A stretch of 64,000 nt of DNA from an uncultured Planctomycetota bacterium (GCA_963823665.1 CAWGMQ010000006.1:480001-544000); one strand, 5' to 3'. Counted from the first letter of the stretch, positions 12,001-23,931 are shown. Translations and numbers: made by a program. Notes: a model not told the origin generated them from the letters alone.

Positions 12001-14904
12001 CACGCCGATGTCGCCGGCCCCCGCGCCCGAAGTCGCGTTGGCGCCGAACTGGTTCATTGGAGCGGAGCCCGCCATTCCCGCGTTGACAGTCACGCCGTCG
12101 GTGTTGATCGTCGAATTCTGACCGATGGTTGCAAGGGCAGAGGCGCTCACGAGGTTCAAGGCGACCGCCGCCCCGATTCCCACCTTGGCGGTTCCCGCGT
12201 CGGTGCCCCAGGCGTTCGCCGAGTCGCCGATCACCGGGTTGGCGGGGTAGATCGGGTTGGTGGGGTCGCCGGTGTCGTTGTTGGCGCTGACGTTCAAGGG
12301 GCCGTTCTTGTCCGTCATGGTCAGGCCGGCGGGGATCGTCGCGTCGGCCGCGCTCGAGACGATGTTGACGGCCACTGCGGCAGCCACCGTGACCGACCCG
12401 TCCGATGTGCTGGCGGCCGGTGTGTCGGCGTCGCTCTTGGTGTCGCCGGCGCTCTTGGTGTTTCCCTTCGAATCGGTGATCGTGCTCTCGTTGTCGGCGA
12501 AGTCGCGCGCCTGGGCATTCTGGCCGTCAACGGAATTCGGGTCGGCCGTATCGGAGCCGCTCGCCGCCTCGCTTTTGTCTGCCGGCCCCGAATCTGGCTC
12601 CTGCGACTCCTGGGTTTTGGTCGGCCCGCCGGTCGCGCTGGCGTTCGACGAGACCAGGCTGGCGGCAGAGCCGTCGGCCTCGAACGTTATGCCGTCCGCA
12701 CCTGAGGCATTGATGGAGCGGTTGGTCGTCGCCGTCGTCTGGTCGGTGGCGAACGCCAGGGCGATCGACACGCCCGCCGAGGCCGCGTCCCCCTGCCCTG
12801 CCGCGGCTCCGACCGCGGTCGAAGTCTGAGCCGTGTGGGTTGCGGTTGCCGAGAATGAGCCGCCGACGGTGAGCGGGTCGTTTGCCGCGTCCGGAGCCCC
12901 CACCTGTGCCGCGGTCAAATTGTTCACCACCGAGATGCCCACCGACGGGCTGATCGACAACGCTCCCCCCGCCGAGCCGGAGACCGCGTTCGTGCTGACG
13001 ACGTCGGTCGAGCCCGCGGTGAATGTCAGGTCTTTCGCACCGGACAATTGCGCAGTGTTCTGGAGATCGGCCAGCGTGGTGTTGCTCGCGATGGTTAGCG
13101 CGACGGCTGCACCGACACCAACGGCGCCGCCCCCCGTGCCCCCGGCGAACCCGGGCGGCGGCTGCGCGATCGTGGTCTCGGTGGCGCTGTCCTGCGCGTT
13201 GAACGTGTCATCGCCGGCCATGGAAACGGTCGAGCCCGACGGGACGCATGCCTCGCTGGTGTTGGAGACGACGATCAGGGCCAGTGCGCCGGCGAGTCCG
13301 ACACTCGTGCCCAATGTACCCGCGGTCGCCGACGCCGAGGTGGTGAGCACGTTCGGCGTCGGGGAGGGCGCGCCGGGTGTCGCCGTCTGCACGCTGATCG
13401 TCGGGGCTGAAAGTTTGGACGCGCCGGTCGTGCTCTCGACTGTGGCGGTGTCGCTCGATACCGTGTCACTGATCGCGACGGCGACCCCGACGCCGACATT
13501 GGCGTTACTTGTGGCCGAGTTGCCGTCGGCCGTTGTCGCCGTGTTGTTGTTGGACGACGCGTCGATATTGATGGCATTGGTGGCCGTGACCGTGGATGAA
13601 TCGACATAGGCCTGGGTCGTTGGCGTGAACTTCGTGACCGCCACGGCGCCGGCGACGCCCAGCGGGAGGCCGGCCGAGAAGGCCGTGTCGGCCGGGGAAG
13701 ATTTGTCCGCGGGGTTGGGGTTGGACGGAGTTGCCGACGCGAGATAGCCGGGGTCGACTTTCCCCGCGAGGATGTTTTGGATCGCGCTGTTCGGGCCGGC
13801 GCCTGTGGAGCTCGAGTTGGCAGTGGTATTGGCCGTATTGGTTGTCGTGGCCAAAACGTCGACCGTGCCGCCCGATGCGGTGGAACCACCGGCCACGAAG
13901 GCTTCGCTCGTGCTGTTGTCGAGTGTCAGAGCGGCCGTCGCGCCCATGAGGGCGGCGGAGCCGTCGACCTCCGTCGTTACATTGGTCGTGTTGGTCGACG
14001 TGATGCTCAGCGTGCCGGCGCCGCTGCCGGCCTTTACCGTCGAGCCGCCGCCGACCTGGGCGATTGCCGAGGAATTGACAACCGATTCGGCGATCGCCGC
14101 ATCAATCGGCTCTAGCGCACTTCCCGCGATGCTTGTACCAACCGTGGCGCCGGTGTTGACGGTGGCGCTTGAGTCTGCCCCGATCGTGACGTTACCGCTG
14201 GCCTTGTTGACTGCGATCTTGGTCGAAGACCCTGTGACCGTGACCGCCGCGCTCGGGTCGAGGTTGGCGATTGCCGCGGCCACCCCGATCGCATTCAGAG
14301 CTCCCAGGGAGGCGTACGTGTACGAGGCCGAAGCACTGGCGTCCAGCGTGATGTTGTCTGCCTCGATCGTCGCTCCCGTGACACTGATCGCGGCCTGCGG
14401 GGTGCCGCTCGCCAGCAGAGTCGTCTCGGAGGCCTCGACGTCGACGTTGCCTTGCGTCGCGTTGATCGTGACGTCCGAGAAGTTCACCGAGGTGACGCCG
14501 GAGACGTTCAGGGCGTCGGTGCCCGACGCAGTGTCAAGGGTGATCGTGCCGCCGCTGCCGCCAAATGTCACGCTCTGGTTGGGGTCGTCCTGGCTGGGCG
14601 TGTTGGCTCCCAGTACCAGAAGTGAGGTGACGCCCGAGAATGCTTGCGCGGAGAAGCCGGTGCCGCTGACCGAAATGGTCGACCCGGAAGGCGTGATCAA
14701 AGCCTGGTCATTGGCCGCGGAGAGGTTGACATCAAGCACGCCGGAATTCAAGGATGCGGTCACACTCAGAAGTGTGCGTTTTTCAAGTTCCTGGATCACC
14801 AGAGAAGGCGACTTACGCCGCGGGCGTTTGGCTCGAAGGTTGGAGGGAGTCTCTACGAAATTCGCCGACCTTGACCCCAGAGGCCAGTTCCACTTGCGAG
14901 CCAT
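1..14904 (-). CDS. Giant secreted repeat protein or filamentous adhesin-like protein (>4,900 aa, 3' end beyond the window edge); two apparent frameshifts near 7612 and 6152
   Basis: ATG at 14904 is preceded by AAGGAG. A basic N-terminus leads into LEKRTLLS (planctomycete extracellular/LEPR-XLL-like motif), followed by Ala/Gly/Val/Thr/Ser-rich repeats (GAAVA.N..NTT.AYI). ORFs 7549..14904 and 6125..7582 join by single-base shifts. The minus-strand frame below ~6150 reads as the same type of protein at every point I translated (e.g. ESVKADNPIGIDFSG, TQITTPGNTVLKAG) down to base 1. Confidence 0.85.
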
Positions 14905-15074
14905 GGGTGCAACTCCTTGGTATCAGGAACATCTATGTGCGTGACAAGACCGATGATTCCGAGACGCGCCTCTTCAGTGGCGCACGGGGGACCGGATGAG
15001 AAGTTCTCCGGGCAGAGGGACCCGATTGAGGGGAGAAAAAGCGATGAACTCGAGCGCGCAGAACGATCGCAAGC

Positions 15075-15107
15075 CTTTAGCCGGCGGGGGGAAAATGCCA
15101 CCGCCAA
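15075..15107 (-). promoter_or_regulatory. Candidate ECF-type promoter, copy 1: TTGGCG-N18-CGGCTAAAG
   Basis: Both half-sites and the 18-nt spacing are identical to the copy at 15219..15251; it points towards the left giant gene. Confidence 0.6.
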
Positions 15108-15218
15108 AGTGAAGGGCTTTGGGGCGAGTCTGCGGTTCACGGCTGTGGCGGCCGCATGCAGCTTGATGCGGTTGCAAGGATTCGACGCGGGGCGTGAGCC
15201 GCGCGCCAGTCGCTATCT

Positions 15219-15251
15219 CTTTAGCCGAGAGCCGTCGCAGAACTTCGCCAA
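15219..15251 (-). promoter_or_regulatory. Candidate ECF-type promoter, copy 2: TTGGCG-N18-CGGCTAAAG, preceded by an A7 tract
   Basis: Same half-sites and spacing as 15075..15107 but an unrelated spacer sequence; the copies are 144 bp apart. Confidence 0.6.
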
Positions 15252-15380
15252 CTTTTTTTCGGAAATCGACGTGATTGTGACTCTGACTGCGGGCGTGTTA
15301 TCGCTTGCGGACCCGCGTTGCCACTACTAGAATCTAGAATCGTTCGAGAGCGTTATGCCACTATTCTCTCTCTCCGGGGA

Positions 15381-15946
15381 ATGATGTCCCTTTCGGGCGA
15401 TTCAAGAGTGTCCGCGGTGCTCCAGGCGGCCCAAGCCGGGGACCGACAGGCGGTGACTGACCTCTTACCGCTCGTCTATGCCGAGTTGCACGAGCTGGCG
15501 CGGCGCGACTGGCACGCCAGCGGCCGGGCCACACGCTGACGCCGACGGCGCTCGTCAATGAGGTGTACCTGCGGATTGCCGACGACACTAATGTGACGTG
15601 GGAAGGCCGGCAGCACTTCCTGTTCGCTGCCGCGCGCGCCATGCGCGACATCCTGGTTGAACAGGCGCGCCGGAAGGCGGGGCCGAACCGGGGCGGCGGC
15701 CAGCGGCGCCGGGAGCTGGACGAGGCGTGCGCTATTCTTGAGCCCCCCTCGGACGACGTGCTGGCGGTGCACGAAGCACTGGAGGAACTCGAAACGCGCG
15801 ACCCGCTCAAGGCACAGATCGTCCTCCTGCGCTATTTCACCGGGTTGACCAGGGATGAGACCGCGGCGGTTCTCGGGCTGGCCGAGCGCACGCTCGACCG
15901 GCATTGGCGGTACATCCGGGCCTGGCTCAAGCAGCGGCTGAGCTAG
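15381..15946 (+). CDS. ECF RNA polymerase sigma factor (TIGR02999/ECF43-like, kinase-associated); frameshift near 15503
   Basis: Joined translation: AAQAGDRQAVTDLLPLVYAELHELA...RPGHTLTPTALVNEVYLR...HFLFAAARAMRDILVEQARRK...LRYFTGLTRDETAAVLGLAERTLDRHWRYIRAWL, i.e. sigma2 plus a sigma4 HTH. It lies directly upstream of a kinase. Confidence 0.9.
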
Positions 15947-15970
15947 GTAACCCGAGAACGGAATTCCACC

Positions 15971-18900
15971 ATGCCTGAGCCATCGCCCGAAGCCGTGGAG
16001 GCGCTGTTCCAGCAGGCGACCGACATCGACCCTGAGGGGCGCGGCAAGTTCCTGGACGAACAGTGTGCCGGGGATCCTGACCTGCGTACGGCTGTCGAGG
16101 AACTGCTCCGCTTCGACTCCGAGGCCGAGAGCGAGCCTGACTTCTTGCAGACCCCGGCTGCGGGCTTACCCGCCGTGCAGCCCCTCGCCGCGGACCCCGG
16201 GCTGCCGGCTTACATTGGCCGCTATCGCATCCTCCGCCGGCACGGCGAAGGCGGTATGGGCACCGTGTACGAGGCCGAACAGGACAACCCGCGCCGCACC
16301 GTTGCCCTCAAGGTGATACGCCCCGATCTCGTTTCAGCCGAGTTCCTCATTCGCTTCAAACAAGAAGCGCAAATCCTGGGCCGGCTTCAGCATACTGGGA
16401 TCGCGCAGGTCTACGAAGCGGGGCGGGGGGAAGACCGCCAGCCGTTTTTCGCCATGGAGTTCATTCGCGGGACGCCGCTGGACGAATACGCCCGCGGACG
16501 CGGTCTCCTCGCGCAGCGCGCCTGGAGCTGCTGGCGCGGGTATGCGACGCGGTGCAACACGCTCACGACAAGGGAGTTATCCACCGTGACCTCAAGCCTG
16601 GCAACATCCTGGTCGATGAATCGGGCCAGCCCAAAGTGCTCGACTTTGGCGTTGCCCACATCACCGACGCCAACTTGCTGACGACGTCCCGCCAAACGCA
16701 GACCGGTCAATTACTCGGCACCTTGAACTACATGAGTCCAGAACAGCTCGCCGCACGCCCGACAGGGCTCGATGTACGCTCCGATGTGTACGCGCTAGGA
16801 GTGATTCTTTTCGAGCTCCTGGCACACCGGCTACCGTACCATCTCGATCAACTTCCGGTGCACGAGGTTGCACGGGTGATCGCACAACAAGAACCGGCCC
16901 CTCTGGGCTCGATCGACAGGCATTACCGCGGCGACGTCGCGATCATCGTGTCCAAGGCGCTCGCGAAAGACAAGAGGCAGCGGTACACGTCCGCGGGTGA
17001 CCTCGCGTCGGACATCCGGCGCTACCTAGGCGGGGAACCGATCCTGGCCCGGAAGGTCAGTCCTGCGGAACGATGCTGGCGATGGGCCCGCCGCAACCCG
17101 TTCATCGCCGCACTCGGAGGCATTCTCACCGGCGTGCTGGTGCTCGCCACGGTCGCGTCGCTTCTGGCTGTGCGCCGGTTCGCCAGTCTGGCCGAGCTTG
17201 CAGGAGACTCGGCCAAGCGCGAGCGGGCGGCACGCCTGGATGCCGACGTGGCGCGCCAGGCGGCTGAGGCAGCGGGCGCGGCGGCGCAGGCCGAGACTTA
17301 CCGCGCCGTGCTCAGCGAGGTCAAAGCGCTCAGGGCCGGACATCAGCTCGGATGGCGCGAGGAAGCTCTCGAGGATCTCTCGCGACTTGTGCGCATGCCT
17401 ACGCCACGCCGGGATATCGTCGAGCTGCGCACTGAGGCCGTGGCCACGATCGGCGAGTTCGGCGTGAAAGAGGTGGCCCGACTCCAAGTGTCCGGAGAGA
17501 TCGTCTACGGCATCGATTTCAGCCCCGACTCCCGGACCCTCGTGACGGGCTCCGCAAACGGGGACCTCGATTACTGGGACGTCCCAGCCCGGAAACATTT
17601 GCGGCGGCTTGTGGGCGTGGCAAGAACGGTCACGGGCGCAGTGGCTGAATTGAACGGCGGACAGGTGCGGTTTCTGCCCGACGGCGATCTGGCGATTGTC
17701 ACCCCCGGCCCGCGCGTCGCGTTCCTGGGCGCTTCCGGCCGGGGATCGACCCGGCGGCGGTCGATTGAGCGTGCGAATTCCAAGGTCGCGAAGCTGGCGA
17801 TCGATCGCCAGGGTCGTTGGCTGGCGCTCGGCTTTGAAGATGGGCGCATCGACGTCGTCGATGCAGGCACAGGTGCTCTGCGACGAAGTATCGCAGGGAA
17901 TCCGGGGACGTTCGCGTTCAGCCCGGACGGGCAGTGGCTCGCAGTGCAGGCTCAGTATGGGCCGGTCCGGCTTCTTCCAATGACAGGGGGAAGTCCCCCG
18001 TTCATTCTGGGACACCTTGGCGGTTACTACCCGGCGTTTGCCTTTAGCCCGGACGGCACGACGATGGCCACCGTTGCGGACCGTGCACTGGTGCTCTGGG
18101 ACTTGAGCTCCAAAGAAGAATTGATGAGGCTCGGTGGACACAAGGAGTCGATCACCGCGGTTGCGTTCAGCCCTGACGGGGCGCTTGTCGCGACCACTTG
18201 CGGCGACCATGTGACGCGGATCTGGGACGCTCGAGACGGCCGGGCGCTGGCCGTCATTCCCGGGCCATGGTTCATGCGTGCGCTCGCGTTCAGCCCCGAC
18301 CGCGGCTATCTGGCTGTCTCAGCGCTCCCGGGCCCTGTGTGCCTCTACCAGCTCAACGGGTGGCGAGAGCAACGACGCCTGGTCGGCCACAAATTCGGCG
18401 CCCAGTGTCTGGCATTCCATCCTCGCTTGTCTCGGTTCGCCTCCGGGGCCGACGATTGTGCCATCGTCGTCTGGGACGCGGACGAGGCCCGTGCCTTGCG
18501 GCGATGGCAGCCGTACAGAATCTGGGTCACGGGGCTGGCGTTTAGCCCCGACGGCTCGCTGCTGGCGAGCGCGGTCGGAGATTCAGACGGGTATGCCTTT
18601 GCGAATGACCACTCGATTCATCTTTGGGACGCCGAAGATGGTACGCTCCGAAAGCGTTTACCGCGCCCGCCTCATCTCGGCGTTCGCGCGCTGACATTCG
18701 ATCCGACGGGCCGTCGACTGGCCTCGGGGGACGATGGCGGGACGGTCCTCTTGTGGGACGTGGAAAGTGGCAAGATTCTGCGTCGCGAGAACCTGGCGCG
18801 CACGCCAGTCAGGTCGGCCGTCTTTGTCAACGGTGGTCGCCATCTCATCGTTGGCCACGTTGGAGGGACGGTCGCGAGTATTGACCTGGGCGGCACTGGA

Positions 18901-19947
18901 GGGACCCGGCGTGTCGAGCTGCCCCAAGGCTGTGGCTGTCTCGTGGTCGACGATCACAGCATGCGCGTCCTCGCCGGCGGATCGCAGGGGGAATTGTCGG
19001 CGCTGGCACTACCCGATCTGACCGTCGTCCACCAATTCGCCAATGCCCATGATGGAGAGATCCTGTCCGTTGGGTTGAGCCCGGATGGGCGACTGCTGGC
19101 CACGAGTGGTCGAGATAGGCGAGTCGTCCTACGAGACGCAGGGACGTTTGCGCCGTGGTTCACATTCCCGACCTGGACTGGCCTGGTCAAGGATCTGGCC
19201 TTCGATGCGTCGGGCCGCTGGCTTGCATTCGCCGGAGCCGATTCTGACCTCGCACTCTGGGACCTGCACGCGCTGCATCAGGGACTCGATGCCGCGGGTC
19301 TCGCCTGGGACCAGCCGTCGCCCGCCATCGTCCCTGCATCGGGGTTCACAACGGAGGACGAGCGGCTTCGGCCCAGCGTGCCGGTCATCGGGCCCGAGAA
19401 GACGGACGCGGCGGCATTCGAGCAGGCTCGCCGGCTCGTCCAATCGGGCGTCGGCGCCGCCGAGAGCGGCCGGTTGGCCGCGGCGATCCGCGATCTCGAG
19501 CAGGCGCGAGACCGGCTACGGACCTTGCACCAGGCCATTCCCAGCGACGGTCAAGTGGCCAGCGAGCTGGCCCTCGACCTGGGCGTTCTCGGCAGCACTC
19601 TGAGCCGCGAGCATCGTAATACGGACGCACTCGAGGCCATGCAGGAGGCTCGCCAGGTCCTGGACGCCATTGTCCAGCCCACCTTCGCGGATCTGTACAA
19701 CCTCGCGCGTGTCTGCGCCAGTCTCACGACCCTGGTTGAGACAGGACGAGGGAGGCCGACCTTCGCCGAGCGTGAGGCCTTGGCGCGTGAAGGGGTGGAA
19801 GCGCTCAGGCGATCCCTGGCGGCCGGCATGTCCTATTTCGGCCCAATGGATCGCGACCAATGGCTCGATCCGTTGCGTAATCGACCTGATTTCCGCGCCT
19901 TGATGCTTGACAGAGGCTTCCCCCGCGACCCGTTCGCTCACCCGTGA
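15971..19947 (+). CDS. Ser/Thr protein kinase with a TM helix, WD40 repeats and a C-terminal TPR-like helical region; frameshift near 16512
   Basis: GEGGMGTVY, VALKVI, IHRDLKPGNIL, DFG, YMSPEQ, SDVYALG; hydrophobic FIAALGGILTGVLVLATVASLLAV; many FSPDG/LWD repeats; C-terminal DQWLDPLRNRPDF. The frameshift is resolved by comparison with the adjacent paralog (ARLELLA). Confidence 0.9.
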
Positions 19948-20003
19948 CCATTAAAGCAGCGTTGGGATTCCGCGAACTCGGGTAGAAAAGAGGCAGCACG
20001 CGA

Positions 20004-23000
20004 ATGACGCGAGACGACGAACGCCCGCCAGTGAATGACCTCTTCGCTCCGAGAGCCGATCCAACCGCCGAGCGCGTGGAGGCGCTGTTTCAGCAGGCGG
20101 CCGAGCTGGATCCAGCGCAACGTGGGGCATTCCTGGAGCAGCAGTGCGCAGGCGACGGCGAGCTACACGCCGCTGTGGAGGATCTTCTCCGATTCGACGC
20201 GGAGGTCGAAAGCGACCCTGACTTCTTGCCCAGCCCGGTGGCCCCCGCCCGCGCCACATTTCCGATTGCAGCGGAGCCCGGGCTGCCGGCTTTCATCGGC
20301 CGCTACCGCATCTTGAGGCGACACGGCGAAGGTGGCATGGGGACCGTTTACGAGGCCGAACAGGACCACCCGCGCCGCACCGTTGCTCTCAAGGTGATTC
20401 GCGCGGGAGGCGCAACAGCCGAGCTGCTCAGCCGCTTCCGACACGAAGCAGAAATCCTGGCGCGGCTGCAGCATCCCGGTATCGCGCAGGTGTACGAAGC
20501 GGGCATCGGTGTGGACGGCCGGCCCTTCTTCGCCATGGAGTTCATTCGCGGTATGACGATGGACGAGCACGCGCGAAATCGCGGACTGGACCCTCGAGCG
20601 CGCCTGGAGCTGCTGGCGAAGGTGTGCGACGCGATGCAGCACGCTCATGACAAGGGTGTCATTCATCGCGACTTGAAGCCGGGCAACATCCTTGTGGATG
20701 ACTCCGGCCAGCCAAAGGTGCTCGACTTCGGCGTGGCCCATATCACCGCGGCCGAACTGTTCTCCACCGCGGGGCGAACCCAGGCCGGTCAACTGCTGGG
20801 CACGCTTACTTACATGAGTCCCGAACAGATCGCCGCCGACCCGGCCGGGCTCGACAGACGTTCGGACGTGTATACTCTCGGCGTCATTCTCTTTGAACTT
20901 TTGGCGCAACGGCTGCCATACCAGCTCGATCAGCTTCCGGGGCACGAGGTCGCGCGGGTAATCCAGGAGCAGGAACCGTCTCGACTGGGCTCGATCAACG
21001 CGCTTTACCGCGGCGACGTCGAGATCATCGTGGCGAAAGCGCTCGAGAAAGCCAAGACGAGGCGCTACGCTTCCGCGGGGGACCTGGCGTCGGACATCAG
21101 GCGCGACTTGCGCGGGGAGGCGATTCAGGCGCGGCCTGCCTCGGCGCTGTATCAAATACGCAAATTCACGCGGCGACACAAAGCGCTGGTGGCCGCGGCG
21201 GCGGGCATTTTCGCGGCGCTCGTCGTGGGAACGGCCGTTTCCATTCTTTTTGCGTTGCGCACCGCAGCGAACGCTCGCGTGGCGGACGAAAACGCTCGCG
21301 TGGCGAAGGAACGGGAGCGAGCCGCCACGTACGAGAGCTACCGTGCCCGGATCGCGGCTGCGGTTGCCGCGATTTCGCGTCACGACGTTGCCGATGCCGC
21401 CAGCCAGTTGGGCGCGGCACCGGAGGCTTTGCGCGACTGGGAATGGCGACACTTGCACGCGCGGCTCGATGACAGCATCGCCATCTTCCCGGCCAGCGCC
21501 GGCGAAGCTCAATTCCTGATCGGCGACCAGAAGGGCATCCGGATCGCTCGGTTAGCGCGTGAGAGTCTGCGCCTGGGCGACCTCGATGGGAAGGAACTCT
21601 GGGAGCGATCCTTTCCATCTGAGGCGAATGTACTCGATCATCCCCCGCTGCTGACGCGGCAGGGACTGCGGCTTTTCGCCGACGGCCGGGAGACTGGTGC
21701 TGCCACGGTCGGTCTGCCGAAGGATGTGCCACAGAACACAGGCATGCTGAACGTCCTTGACGACCTGGGGCGTGTCCAAACGCAACTGAGGGGGCCCGGA
21801 GTAACGCACACCGAACTGATGGCGGTGAGTGCGGACGGTTCGCGGCTGGCGGTTGTGTGGCAAGGCCCGAAGCAGTGGATATTCACGGTGTACGATGCCG
21901 AATCTGGCAAACCAGTGGCGACCTCGGCCCAGGACATCGCCAGCACCTGGGCCCTTGCCTTCAGTCCGGACGGCACGCGCCTCGCGACTGGCGGCGAGGA
22001 TGGCGTGACACGTCTCTGGGATACTTCAACCGGTATGATGACCATCCTCTGTGAAGGGCACACTCGCAAGGTGTTCAGCGTGGCGTTCAGACCGGATGGC
22101 CTGCGCCTTGTGACGAGCTCGGCGGATGGAACCGTACGCCAGTGGGATTCCGCGACCGGCCGGGAGGTACTTGCGCCCTACGATCGTCACACCGGTGAAG
22201 TCCTGACGGCGAAGTTTAGCTCCGATGGGGAGTTGATCGCCTCCGCAGGCACGGACCGGACTGTCCGGGTATGGCGCGCGTCGAACCGCCAGGACCAGGG
22301 TGTTCTGCAGGGCCACATCGGTGACATCAGCGATCTGGCATTTGTTGGGGACGGCCATCGGCTGGCTTCAGTGAGCTACGCGCCCCGTCGCGGCAGCGTG
22401 GCGCACCATGACGGCACGGTGCGGCTGTGGGAGGTCGGGAGTCAAGGAGCGGCGTCGGTGCTGCGCGGCCACAAGCTCTACGTCTATCCGGTCGCGTACA
22501 GCCCGGACGGACAATGGATTGCTTCGGGCGATTGGGACAACAAGGTGTTTTTGTGGGACGCACTCACCATGGAGCACATCGCGAGCTTGCCTCATTCCGG
22601 GAATATCCGCGCGCTGGCCTTTAGCCCGGACAGCTCGTGGTTGGTTGCCGGAACCGCGATGGACGATTCGCTCTCCATCTGGGACGTAACGACCGCCCGG
22701 CGCCGGAACAAGCTCAAGGGCCCCGGCGGCGACGTGGTTCAGGCAATCGCGGTGAGCCCGGATGGAGCCCACATCGCCGCTGCTGATTCCGTTGGAGCCG
22801 TCAGCATCATGGAAGCCGCGACGGGCGCGGTTGTCGATTCCTTTCGAATGGTCGGGAGCGCTTCAATCGCGAAGAAGTCGCTAGCCTACAGCCCAAACGG
22901 ACGACTCCTGGCAGGTACCGGTGAAGACGGCACGCAGATTGACATCCGAGACACGCAGACGCGGCGTCGGTCAGGGCGTTTGACGGGTCATACGGACGCG

Positions 23001-23540
23001 ATTAGCTCCGTTTCGTTCAGCGGCGATGGGCTGCTGCTGGCCTCCGCGAGCGCGGATCGCACGGTCCGCATCTGGGAGGTGGCGTCGTCGAAATGCGTCG
23101 CCGTGCTGACCGGGCACACCGACGCGGTCTTCTCGGCGGTGTTCCATCCGGACGGCAAGCGGCTGGCGTCTGCCGGCCGCGACCGGTCGATCTGGCTCTG
23201 GGACCTGGCGAGCGGACAGGAAGTGGCGCGCCTCGAGGGACACGCGAACTACGTCTTCTCACTGGCGTTCAGCCCCGACGGCACGAGCCTGGCATCCGGC
23301 TCCGGCGACGGTACGGTCCGGATATGGGACACCGAGTCGCCGGCGCTGCGATATCAGGCCCGCCGAGAGGCGGAGGCTATGCGGCCCGAGGCGGAGCGGT
23401 TGGTTGCACGCCTCTTCTCCGAGCTGCATGAGCCGGAGCTGGTTGTTGGCCGTTTGCGGGGGGATACCGGGCTGAGCGACCTGATGCGGCACATGGCGAT
23501 GCGGGAGGTCATGCGGCGGGGGCAGGAGGCGGCGCCGTAG
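20004..23540 (+). CDS. Ser/Thr protein kinase with a TM helix and WD40 repeats
   Basis: Complete Hanks motifs (GEGGMG, IHRDLKPGN, DFG, SPE), TM segment ALVAAAAGIFAALVVGTAVSILFAL, and canonical GH...FSPDG...WD repeats. Confidence 0.95.
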   Translation: MTRDDERPPVNDLFAPRADPTAERVEALFQQAAELDPAQRGAFLEQQCAGDGELHAAVEDLLRFDAEVESDPDFLPSPVAPARATFPIAAEPGLPAFIGRYRILRRHGEGGMGTVYEAEQDHPRRTVALKVIRAGGATAELLSRFRHEAEILARLQHPGIAQVYEAGIGVDGRPFFAMEFIRGMTMDEHARNRGLDPRARLELLAKVCDAMQHAHDKGVIHRDLKPGNILVDDSGQPKVLDFGVAHITAAELFSTAGRTQAGQLLGTLTYMSPEQIAADPAGLDRRSDVYTLGVILFELLAQRLPYQLDQLPGHEVARVIQEQEPSRLGSINALYRGDVEIIVAKALEKAKTRRYASAGDLASDIRRDLRGEAIQARPASALYQIRKFTRRHKALVAAAAGIFAALVVGTAVSILFALRTAANARVADENARVAKERERAATYESYRARIAAAVAAISRHDVADAASQLGAAPEALRDWEWRHLHARLDDSIAIFPASAGEAQFLIGDQKGIRIARLARESLRLGDLDGKELWERSFPSEANVLDHPPLLTRQGLRLFADGRETGAATVGLPKDVPQNTGMLNVLDDLGRVQTQLRGPGVTHTELMAVSADGSRLAVVWQGPKQWIFTVYDAESGKPVATSAQDIASTWALAFSPDGTRLATGGEDGVTRLWDTSTGMMTILCEGHTRKVFSVAFRPDGLRLVTSSADGTVRQWDSATGREVLAPYDRHTGEVLTAKFSSDGELIASAGTDRTVRVWRASNRQDQGVLQGHIGDISDLAFVGDGHRLASVSYAPRRGSVAHHDGTVRLWEVGSQGAASVLRGHKLYVYPVAYSPDGQWIASGDWDNKVFLWDALTMEHIASLPHSGNIRALAFSPDSSWLVAGTAMDDSLSIWDVTTARRRNKLKGPGGDVVQAIAVSPDGAHIAAADSVGAVSIMEAATGAVVDSFRMVGSASIAKKSLAYSPNGRLLAGTGEDGTQIDIRDTQTRRRSGRLTGHTDAISSVSFSGDGLLLASASADRTVRIWEVASSKCVAVLTGHTDAVFSAVFHPDGKRLASAGRDRSIWLWDLASGQEVARLEGHANYVFSLAFSPDGTSLASGSGDGTVRIWDTESPALRYQARREAEAMRPEAERLVARLFSELHEPELVVGRLRGDTGLSDLMRHMAMREVMRRGQEAAP

Positions 23541-23811
23541 CGGCACCGGCTCGGGGAGCCGTTTTCGGATCGGCAGCGTTCGCGGGATTTACCGGACGAA
23601 GGGGTTGGGGAGGATTGTGGTGGTGGTGTTCGTTTCTGGGCGTCTCTCCATCAAGGCGCTCCAGTTCGATTGGGATCATTCGTAGACGAACATCACGAAG
23701 CATTCCCTTTCCCAACCGCGCACCAATCCTCTGTTGCTTATATCGACTCGCGAAAGCGGCTAGTTCAGACGCGGCGGCTACACGCTCCCACCACTTTTCT
23801 CTAAACCTCCC

Positions 23812-23838
23812 GAACCGTGCCGCTCCCGCCGGCGTAAA
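23812..23838 (+). promoter_or_regulatory. Possible generic ECF promoter, GAACC-N16-CGTAAA
   Basis: Matches the general AAC/CGT ECF consensus about 95 bp upstream of the ATG at 23932; single occurrence only. Confidence 0.25.
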
Positions 23839-23931
23839 AACGGCATTGCTCCCGCCGATCATTCCGCGGCGAATCACGCCCGATGCCCAATCGACGGCTC
23901 GAAATCGCTGCCCACGGAAGGACCTTGGATC

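Noticed and set aside
367..14944. Many plus-strand ORFs (e.g. 678..1661, 4116..5054, 13772..14944)
   Set aside because: They are antisense shadows of the giant minus-strand gene, as expected in GC-rich coding DNA, and carry no recognisable motifs.
15381..19947. Pseudogene or programmed frameshifting call for the sigma and first kinase
   Set aside because: All motifs are intact, no slippery heptamer is evident, and similar indels occur across the window, so sequencing error is more parsimonious.
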